Origin: Phoronis australis
Lineage: Eukaryota; Animalia; Phoronida
Direction of reading: 5' to 3'
Assembly: GCA_002633005.1 (NCBI GenBank)
Contig: NMRA01000156.1
Coordinates: forward strand, 522,488-586,487
Length of the DNA stretch: 64,000 nt
The position numbers and the translations under genes are program-made. Of this stretch, positions 11,180 through 21,130 are shown piece after piece (position 1 is the stretch's first letter; each line of letters opens with the position of its first letter). A model generated the notes under the pieces. That model did no database searches, had not been told where the DNA came from, and saw only the letters and a list, made by a program, of their open reading frames with translations.

Positions 11180-12432
11180 AATGCTAATGGCTTGGCCAGT
11201 CACGAGCAATAACCGTAGACGACATCTGTTTCCAAATCTCATTCGGCCTTGCCAATAATAACCTATTTTCTATATTGGTGCCCGGCTGTGTGAAACAGTC
11301 CCAAACAGAGGCTCAACAATGTTCCCTAAATCTACTGCGTACTTGTGGACTTCTGAAAGCACTGCTTGGTTTTAGTTAACTTTTGGCTTTGATACAAGCT
11401 AAGAGTGAACTCCTCGTTGAATTCTCAAGATTATTGAAAATAAGTAAGGATCTTTTCATGCAACGACCCCTAAGGAACAAGTCCTTATTTATTTTCGTGG
11501 GTCTGAGGGCTAAGTTTTTAGCCAGATTATTAGAAAATGTCTTCAGTCAAAGAGGAGCTCACAACAAAGATAAAATTGCAGAAAAGGTTAGTTCTGTGAG
11601 TACAGAGCGACACCAGTAACCAAAAAAAGAATGTAGGATACTTAATCGAGTCCCTATTTGGGATTGTTTTGTGCAACTGGGCACAGGATCCTTTGTGGGA
11701 TTTGGAGGATTTATCACCCAAGGGCGATAATTTCTCCAAATCCCACGAGGGGTCTAGATACGGGGCAATTGCTCCCGGTGACTTGTAAAAAGTCTATTTA
11801 TCCCACATTTTGAGCATTTCACCCTACAAAACTCAAAGAGCGAAAACGAAATTTTGACTTTGGTTGTGCTTGACGTTTGTCATCCCATGCTGCCGCGCAG
11901 TGGATCAAGTCACACGTGAGCGTCATGTGAACATCTTAGCATGCCCATCACGTTTCCCGCGGGGAATAACTGTACGGGCTATCAAAACTGCATTACGAAA
12001 ATGAAATGATAATTATATAACAGTGAAAGACATTTTGAACTTTCAAATTAAATATTTATGTTAACAGAAATTTGGGCATGATATGGATACGGTTGTTGCG
12101 CTGAGAATGTACCTTTCTTTTTTTGTCTAATTTTAGCAAAAAGACATGGTCACGAGGCCCATTTAATGGCAGATTGGCATAAAACCAAAAATTTACATGC
12201 TTTCTAGTCTTTGAAAATATATACTTGTATTGTCTTTTAGTTTATAGCTTTTTTAGATAGTCGACTGACAAGAATTCACATATGCGTATAACATGAATAT
12301 ACTTGTACAAGAGCAGGCTCACGTCAGTTGAACTTTCTCACCTATAACTCTCACTTTAGTCGTCGTTAAGGTCATCTTTGAAATCACAGTTCAACGAGGT
12401 AGGCAAATGCAGTAATACTAGTTTTGCTAAAT

Positions 12433-12675
12433 AATGCGCGCATACAGTGGGCTCGGGGTGCCCGGCGAAGTGGGCAAAAAGGTTCGCCTCAGAGAAACAA
12501 AAACCCCGAAAAAAGCAGAAAACGAGGCAAAAGTCCACTAAACACGCCGAAACTACCAAATTTGGCGAATGCAAAAGGACTATTTATACCTCTGAGTGTA
12601 CACCGTGAATCTTAGTAAAAGGTCCACATTCTCAAAAATTCGAGCTCCCTCATCTTTAGGCTGGGTGCGCGCATA
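12433..12675. mobile_element. MITE with 5-bp TSD, copy 2
   Basis: Ends AATGCGCGCATACAG / CTGGGTGCGCGCATA, with TAAAT duplicated at 12428-12432 and 12676-12680. Internal motifs (GCGAAGTGGG, CAAAAGTCCACTAAA, AAAAGGTCCAC, TTCGAGC) are shared with 2533-2756. Confidence 0.85.
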
Positions 12676-13023
12676 TAAATTACAAGTAAACATTTTCAAA
12701 ATGTAGCAACTAAGTTAGCTGCCAACTAAAAAGACAAACGTTAAAGTTGATACCAGAAATAGTGCCGCAATCCTTATAGTGTTCGCTGGTGCGGACAGGT
12801 CACTTTTTAACCAAAGTGGGAGTACAGATTCAACGTTACGACGCAGTCAAATACAAAAGTTCAATGACTGTCAGCGAGAAAAATCTAGTCTAGTCAAAAA
12901 CAGGTGCTCTCATTGAAAGTACACGACGATATCTCGCGGAATCTCGCAAGATATTGCTTTTCCAACACGCCGTGACAACCTAACGTACAGAGTATGATCT
13001 TAAGCGGTAGCGGACTGCCAGTT

Positions 13024-13153
13024 CTTTTAAAGCCCTAAAATCACTTCTAATTTGACTTGGGAACAATTTGAGACCAATTTTATAACTGTAAGTGGTCTAA
13101 ATCAAAAGTTGTTTGTTTTTTGTTTTGGAAGGCGGGTTTATAACCGTTTTAAA
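13024..13153 (+). repeat. ~130-bp diverged direct repeat, copy A
   Basis: Colinear with 15493-15622; identical 19-bp core AACAATTTGAGACCAATTT. Confidence 0.75.
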
Positions 13154-13181
13154 TCAGCAGCAATAATCCATTTTAGCCACA

Positions 13182-13866
13182 TTAATCATCTGGATCGTCA
13201 CTGTAGTGAAAAGTGGAGACCTGTCTCCAAAACGAGGCAGGCAAACTGCGCGAATTATTGCCAGAGTGGCGCGCTTGGTCCGTTTTTATAACTGGCAGTT
13301 TCGTAGTCCCCTGCAGAGTTTTAACTGTAAGTGCGGGGAAACTGTCCCATTCCTTTCGTATATCCGTAACTTTATTCACCATCTCTGGCATTGAGATACT
13401 TCTGTATTTCATTTTTCCTTTATCTTGACGACGTCTTTTATGATTTGTCTTTTTACGTCGAAACTGATTCGAAACACCTGGCGTCGAAATGAAAGCACTC
13501 TTCTCTCGCGACAGTTCGATTTTCCCTGAGATGTAGTTGAAACTTTCACGACCCATGTGATCAGTCGCGTTTTCGATGCTGCCCAGCCGTAGGGGACTAG
13601 TCGTATCGCCTGCCGCATCACGTGGTCGTCCTCTACGCAATGATTGGGTGACATTCTCGTTCACCATTCTTTCGTAAGCGTTCGCCAGCATGGTACGCTG
13701 TCTGGCCAAAGACACCGATTGCGAAGGAAGGCTACTGAGAGCCGGTAAATGCTCTTGTCCTCTTAAAGAGTTTAAGCGGTTTTTGAGCTTGATTATTTCG
13801 TGTTCCGCTTTCCTTATAAATTCTAACGTCTGTGTCACTTGTTGCTCAGTTTTAACTGGGGAGTCC
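13182..13866 (-). CDS. Uncharacterised coiled-coil/basic protein, terminal coding exon
   Basis: Part of the 279-aa ORF. The acceptor TTCTTGCATTTCAG (AG at 13868-13867) is phase 2, matching the donor of the upstream exon. Reads DSPVKTEQQVTQTLEFIRKAEHEIIKLKNRLNSL...SDDPDD*. Confidence 0.75.
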
Positions 13867-14390
13867 CTGAAATGCAAGAAAGACTGAGTTCCGGGTTTGC
13901 ATTGCAATTTCCGACATCTGAACTTCACCAACAGCGCTACTATCTTGTTACACAGATAACTAAACTGGAATAATGGTGCAATGGCTTTGTGGAAACAAGT
14001 AAAACGTCTTCCAATGGACAACGTGAATTTTAAAAATATGAATTGGTTGGTAACATCTTCCTGTCATTTACGGAAACTATTTTCTTTGGTTTAATCATAG
14101 ACTGTAATATCGAATGCATATGGTTTAATAAACGTCTATGTTTTACCTCAGGAATCTCTGGAAAACATGAAAATAATTACAACTCTAACATCATTATAAA
14201 AACCAAGAAGTAGAAATTTGTTAAAACAGGCATGGAGACAGATATAACGACCTTGCTCCTGTAAAAAGACATGATGTTAGTAAAATAATAATCTAAATAG
14301 TATTAATTCCCAGAATGTAGAAATCATTGCAGTCCTACGCAATTACGCAAACTGGAGGGTGCATTAGACAACTTGTGAAAATATGCTCAC

Positions 14391-14788
14391 CCTTGAACTT
14401 TTTCGAGCGAAGTCGTCAAGCCATCTAAGATTGTCGTCTGCCGTTTGTCAAGGCGCCATTTCTTAAACTCCTTATCGAAATCTTCCAGCGATATCATGGT
14501 GCCGAGCGCTTTTTCGCGAGTAAGGCACTTATAGAGTTCCCTGTCTTCGTAAGACAATCCCCGTGGGCACATGACCCCCTTGTATAGATATTTCTTCGGA
14601 TTCCATTCGCGCATTTCCTTGCTAATCATTCGCTGCTCGCAGGAGATTTGAGATTTGCGTAGACACATTTCTTCGTCAAGTTTGTCCAGGAGCAAGATCA
14701 GGCGACGTGATTCAACCCTGTTGCGTGTGTGAGCGTTCACGAGCTGCTTTCGGCTTCCGTCCGCGAATGCATGATCGTTGGCCGTCAT
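14391..14788 (-). CDS. Uncharacterised coiled-coil protein, first coding exon (N-terminus weakly CCDC190-like)
   Basis: ATG at 14788 (MTANDHAF...). The exon ends CAAGG|GTGAG (phase 2). Spliced to 13866 it gives 360 aa. RNRVESRRLILLLDKLDEE..EQRMISKEMRE recalls the CCDC190 N-terminal coiled coil, from memory only. Confidence 0.75.
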
Positions 14789-15492
14789 GATGTTCGATTG
14801 AAGCTTTGAAATGAAAATCAAGAACAAATACGATAAAAAGGTTGTCGTAATTAAAGAATGGGTGATTTATTTACAATCATGATTATGCTCTCGTATCGTT
14901 ATCTCATTGAATTGGCTAACAACAGACTTTGTACCATTAGACCTGCAAAATGTCAAAGCGGCAATAAACCCGTTTTCTGTCAAAGAAACTTATTATTTTT
15001 GATTTAAATGACTTAAAAGAATACTAAACCGGAATTTGGCTTGTAAACAGATATCAAGTACAAATTGGTCATTTAAATATTTAAAGCGAGAGAATACTCT
15101 GTCTATTTTGTCAACACACATGGTTTGAAAATTCCTTACACTTTGGCTATTAAACCAACAGGCGTGACTAGCGCTTCAGCCAAGTTACATGACGCTTGTG
15201 GAGAAAGACTGTCTACTTCGAAACATACAGTTCAACAAATCTAGAAACTGTCATAGGTGTATAATATTTTTATCATTCAAGGAAAGTACCAATATTCAGC
15301 AGATGAAAGGACTTGCTTTTTGTGAACCGTCCAAGACAGGTTTTAGTATCCCTTTAAATAAAACAGATCTCCCCTAATTCATACTTGGATGAGAAGCGAT
15401 TGCTGGTCTTGCAAAGAACTGACACCTCACACTGGGCGAATAAAATGACGAACCGCGACATGTCAAGTTGTAGAGTCCTGTCTCAATTTCAG

Positions 15493-15622
15493 CTTTTGTC
15501 AAGCCCAGAAACGACGCCTATTTTGACTAACCAACAATTTGAGACCAATTTCGTAACAGCAAGTCATCTTAATCAAAGTTGGTTGTTGTGACGTTGGAAG
15601 GATAGTTTATAGACGTTTTAAA
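15493..15622 (+). repeat. ~130-bp diverged direct repeat, copy B
   Basis: Colinear with 13024-13153. Confidence 0.75.
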
Positions 15623-17002
15623 GGAAACGGCCTTTTCAGTTGTTGCTGATGGGGAATGTACCATACTAATAAGAGAACCAGTTCCAAATGTTGAGATGGG
15701 GGGTGGTGGATGAGGCGGACTGGTGCATGCATTTGTTGGAACTGGGAAATTAAAGGGGTTGAAACGCTTAAAAACAAAAGTTGGTTTTACGGCCGAAAAA
15801 ACACGCATTTTCGATTTTTTTTGATAAGATGGACTTCTTGAATATAGCTTTGACCTCAGCTATGAAACAGCAAATCCGTTGTGCTTTGTGATTTCATTGG
15901 TATGCAATGCTGATCACAGACGCCGGCATGGTGAAAAAGTCAAAGGCACAGCTCTTAAATGTGTGTGTGATGAGAAGAGGCGAGGAGCTGAAACTCTTTG
16001 AAGCAGTAACTTTTCTAGGATAACCATTTGGGAGTGACATCGAATCGGGGACTGCCGTGAGAGGTGATTTAACATCTCCTGAAATACCTAGCTTTCTCGG
16101 GTAGAAGTCGAGTGGTTTGCATTCTCCTCTCTGCTTCTAACAATAACTTGGTCTCCGTGCTTACTTCTGATTGATTTCAATCGTAAAATTAAAACTGTCT
16201 TTGAAAAACTGAGTCTCAAAAAATTCGAGTGGTCCCGGCCAGTGGTCATAGTTGTAGAAAACTCGCTTTCCTAAACAGCCCAATCCGCTTTGATAGTATT
16301 ATAAGCTGTTTTCTGTAGAGTATCTATTACCAGGGGTGAAGTGAAATTTTACAAGCCAACAAAATTATATAAACTGGGTCCATTGTGTCGCGTTTGACTC
16401 CCGGGGGTTCGGGGCACTTTTGTAACGCAGAGGGCCCCGGTTCTAAAACGTTTTGCAACACGTGTTGGTTACACGAACTTGAAGTCGGGCACTATGACAC
16501 ATTTCCAAAAGTCTGAGAAAATTTGACACGTACAAGGTTCCATAGCAAATTCACTCATTGTTTCTTATTGAAAAGGACAGTTTTAGAAGAAGTTCGGATC
16601 GTGTGTTCATGTCGTTCATATCCTATGACGCTTTACACAACAGAGGGCGCCTTAGTGGAGTGAGACGCCATGAAAGCGTCAATTCGAGCTTTGTTTCTGT
16701 TTTTTTGAAACGATATGTCGTTTCATATTAAGGATCCCCCAATCAAGACATCAACTGCCGCTCTTTCGTTGGGGAATTATTCATCCGTCATGTTAAGGGG
16801 GCTCCCTCTTAAGTAGTGATCTAGATAAAGGAATCAATTGTAACTCATTTTCTGAATTTTTGTATTTGTATATCCGTTTATATTAAAGATTTCTCTTACG
16901 AAGTACATTCATGAGATGGTCGTTTGGGACTAAACTCAACCAGTTGGGCCTGCGCAAGCGCCAAAACAGGCGCAGAACCAGGCCCATAACCACAGGGTTG
17001 TT

Positions 17003-17200
17003 TTAGGTTATATAGGATCCGAGAATATTTTTCTTCTGAACATCTTGTCTCAGAAATGGCTAATCGGATTCTTATGAAACTTTCATATTCTATGCCTCAT
17101 GCACTGTTCTCAAAAATGCCGAGAATTGTTTTTTTTTTAAATGGTGCTCTTTTGTATGAGAAGCTGTCAGAAAATCGGACTTTCTATGATTTTCATAAAA
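17003..17200 (+). repeat. Fragment of the dispersed repeat seen at 5527 and 40500
   Basis: TTAGGTTAT start and core CATCTTGTCTCAGAAATGGCTAATCGGATTCTTATGAAACTTTC. Confidence 0.45.
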
Positions 17201-18170
17201 AACTCAAACGTTGTATGAAACAAAAACGAAACTGTAATTTAGACAACCGTAACAGCGTTTTTTCAGATTTCATCTCGAGCACTTCTGTTGATACCGTGGT
17301 TTTGCTATCGATGTACATTCTCGCTCGATAGCAGTCTTGGGTTGACGTCATGACAAGGAAATATTTAGAGACCATTTATCATCCTATTTCAGGATTTTCA
17401 TTTGTATTTCGTGAGCACATTTAACATGATGTTGATTCGACGTAGCATCTTTGTTGAATTTTTCATCTTTGACCAAAATTACTCCGTACATTACCTTTAC
17501 TGGCGAACACTGGTGAATAGTTCATGCTTGACGGAGCTACAAGATGCACACGCCATCAGCAACAGTAACTGGAGGAAGAGGCCGTAGTATCACTTTTCTA
17601 TTTCATCGCTACAAGAGTTCCACGTCAGATTTGATATAAACGAGCTAAAAAACAGATAACTTTTTGACCCCGTCCCTCCATCGCGTCTCCGTCATCACAA
17701 CACAACCTGGCATAGAGACGAGCGTTACATCTCTTAGCAATGCCATACCGTTATATTTACTCATCAGTTGAAGAAGTCTGTTATTTTTTAATGTAATGAT
17801 ATTTGTTTACGCGAACGAATGGGTAAGGTGAAAACAGTTGTGAAAAGTGAATGGTTATCGAATTTGTGGTAGATCAACAAAGTCTTTGAAAGCAAAGCGG
17901 GCCTGTCAATAGACGCAGGGTAGTCTATTGGTGAACATTCGCGTTAGGTTGTATTTCAATAGAATAACACCTGCGACGCTTACAATTGGTTCTAACTTTT
18001 TCAAGGAGTCAGATCTAATTCATAAAACGGGGAGGGAATTTGCTGAGAAAAATCTGCAACAAGTTAAAAAACTCTATACTTTACATGTACAGGCATAAAC
18101 TTGAAACAGTAAAGCCACCACTGTCGTTATGGTGACTAACACATAGTGAAGGTGACGATAATGGATAGTG

Positions 18171-18385
18171 GTACCAGTAGTGATAATGATGATGATGTGG
18201 CGACTAGTGGTAAGTGATATTGACTGGTGCCAGTAGTGATAAGGATTGTGATGTGGCGACGGTGGTTAATGATATTGACTGGTATCAGTAGTGATAATAA
18301 TGGTGATGTGGCGACTGGTGGTGAATGATATTGACTGGTATCAGTAGTGATAATGATGGTGATGTGGCGACTGGTGGCGATGGGA
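18171..18385. repeat. ~56-bp minisatellite, almost 4 units
   Basis: Unit GTAYCAGTAGTGATAATGATGRTGATGTGGCGACTGGTGGTRARTGATATTGACTG repeated in tandem. Confidence 0.85.
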
Positions 18386-18625
18386 TTGGAAGCGCTGGCA
18401 GTGATAGTGGTGACAGTGATAGACGTGATGATGTTAGTGACAGATGATGATGATGATGACGATAGTGATCGTGGCAATGGAGACGACAAAAGCGACGACG
18501 ACGAGGAAGCCTATGACGACGACAATGATGATGATGGTGGTGGTGGCGAAGGTGACAATGATGACGCTGATGATGGTGAAGATGGCGATTTGAATGACAA
18601 TGCTGGTGATGACGATGTTGAGGAT
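18386..18625. repeat. Degenerate (GAT/GAC/GGT)n low-complexity tract
   Basis: Trinucleotide-periodic GAY/GGT runs give spurious poly-D, poly-H and poly-S ORFs on both strands. Confidence 0.85.
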
Positions 18626-21083
18626 TATTTCGTTTTCCTATTGCGATTTTAACCAACCAAGTGTTTATCATTTGTCTCTATTGTATATATACAGTATATT
18701 GCTTCGATGTTTTCAATGAAAGAATAAAAATGTATTTAATATTAGCTTTCGTCAATTCTCAACATTGTGGTCATGGCAGAAAAGGGAAGAAAATGGCGAC
18801 TGGACTTGCATCCTTACGAGACATCACCACGTTAACCAAGCAATGCACGTGGACACACTAGCTTTTCTCGAGGGTCCACGAAACACTCCCCGGTTTTGGA
18901 GTATGCAGCGGCACCCATGGAAAAGAACCTTTAAAAAAACGCCCACTTTGAAGGTCCTTAAGACCAGACTCCGGCCAGATCGCTTAGCTTTTGATTACTA
19001 GGTATCACCTTTTAAAGATGTATTTGCATGCTCCTAACCACACTAATGTATAGCAGGAACTAAATAAATGACAACGCTGTTTTAACATAATCTGCGCTAA
19101 ACAAAGTGCAGTTGTATTCATTGAGAACTTGCAAATGTGAGAACAAAAAATCAGAAGATATGTGACCTTTGCACTAATGACGTACCTCGCGGGCTCACAT
19201 AGCCCCAGTCATGCAGTGTTATTCCCAACAACACGCCATGATATACTTACTGAACACTATTCAGTGATTTGGCGACGCATTATTTTCGTCACAAAACTCA
19301 TTCTTAAAAACATTTAGCTGTTTTCATCCAATTTCATATTCACATCGCTGTTGTATGTTGTGTTTCTAGCTAATTTGGTCAAGCAATCACAGAGATAAGG
19401 AATTAGCCTGCAATTCCCGCTTTAAAGAGGACTGGTACCCGATAAACAGACTAAATTGCAATATTGAAAGTGGTTCTCTGCCATTGACACAAAATTCAAC
19501 CTGTAAGGACTTGTTCGTAAAGATTTTCAATTTCTGTTGAAAACAAAGCATATTCTTTTAGTTTCAAATTTCAGAAAATGATTTGTCAACTGCTCGCTAC
19601 TTCGTCGATTTTTCTCCCACAAGGCAAAGCACATCTCCTTAATTGTTATGGCAAGACATTCATGTACAGACATAGACATAGCACATTTCCCTTACATGGA
19701 AAATGTGACACTTGACCTGAAGCGACTTCAAGCAACTAACTGTGATAAGTGGAATTGTGATTAGAAACTCTGTGGTAACCAAAGAGTTTTTCCTTCCCAC
19801 GTATTTCAAAAATCGTGAATTTTGTGATTTTTTCTAGAAATTTCCTCACAGGAGAAAGTGAATTTCTCTGTACTAGACGTTGCGAGATGGTACTATAGTC
19901 AGGAATTGTTTAAAAAGACACGATTGAAAGGCTTTCATGTTCCATGACTCTTTAAGGTAATTTCAAAATCATGTTCACGGTACAGACGCTCATTTATGAT
20001 TAAAGCACCTATTAAATGACGGTGACGTCATACTTAAGTCTCACAGAATCTCGCGTTACTGTTATTAACCCGCACAAGCACTATTTATGGGATGATCCGC
20101 AATGAAGATTAGAGGTGCAAAGTATGTCGTCTGCTCAATGTATATGAACCACAGACATCAATTTCTAATATTTATGTTATTCTTGGATAGAAAAAATAAA
20201 TACTCGATATATGGCCTACTGGCTAAATTTACAATTAAGGCATTAAAAAAAGAAAGCAAATGGTCATTTCTAGAGGGGAAGTTTTAGCTGACCGAATGTT
20301 TTGTTTTAATTGCCTTTCTCAAAAATGTCTAATTAGGTCATTAGTTTAGGGCAAAGATCATTAAGTGCAAACTTTATGTTTTTGCAAAATGTTTATGATT
20401 ATATTTATAGCCAAAACGCATTGGTGAAAACTATTTTGCTTTATCTTGCATGTCAAAACAGTTACAGTACGTCAAAAGATAAGAATTAATGGGATTTTTT
20501 AAAGAAATGTTGATTTGAGGGTCGTTGAACTTTTTCGCTTTAGTTTCACTGCTAAATGAATTATTGACGATGCCTCTATGGCTTGTTTTTTGCAGTGTGA
20601 ATTACTAGCGGAGAAATATGATACTTGGTAATTAGCAGATTAATTAGACCCAAGAATGAATGAGTGCAAGACAACAGTTTGTCACTCTGCACTGCGATAT
20701 GCATAAAAACACCTTTCCCAAGTGCACAGTACAGGTTCACGGCTAAAAAGCTGTTCAGAATGTGAAAATGCATGAAACTTAGACTATGGTGATTGTTGTT
20801 AGCAGCAGGCAGTGCCAAGATTTTGTTCACTTTCTTAGCTACGGTTTCCAGGAAACCACCTTACCAAAGCAACTAACCTAATGCAGCGTTTTATTTTTCA
20901 TATACATGTGAACATATTGTGATGGTAATTTAATAGGTAAATTCTGCCAAAAAGATTTTCACTTAGCATAGGTTGGTAGGTAAGCTGTTAATCATTGAAA
21001 GCGATTTTGGCTGCCGAAAATTTCAAAAAATTGTAAAAATATGTCAGAATTCTGACACATTTGATTTCCAATAACCACGCCGC

Positions 21084-21130
21084 AAATGGCTAAACCGATC
21101 AGCGCCATCTTGAGGCTTGAGGAGGAGGCT
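21084..21130 (+). repeat. Dispersed repeat end, also at 11125-11179
   Basis: CAAATGGCTAAACCGATCAGCGCCATCTTGAGGCTTGAGGAGGAGGCT. Confidence 0.7.

Noticed and set aside
13867-14021. N-terminal 52 aa of the 279-aa ORF
   Set aside because: It starts at a non-ATG codon and lies upstream of a phase-matched splice acceptor, so it is intronic read-through.
15829-16050. Plus-frame peptide ..KSKAQLL..VTFLG*PFGSD resembling the end of a non-LTR reverse transcriptase domain
   Set aside because: Several stops, no YADD core and too little similarity to support without a profile search.
18171-18385. Regularly spaced repeats suggesting a CRISPR-like array
   Set aside because: The units are contiguous tandem copies with no unique spacers, the context is eukaryotic and there are no cas genes.
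18136-18671. ORFs of 101-128 aa rich in His, Asp or Ser/Thr
   Set aside because: They are by-products of a minisatellite and a GAY trinucleotide tract, open on both strands, with no splice or domain support.
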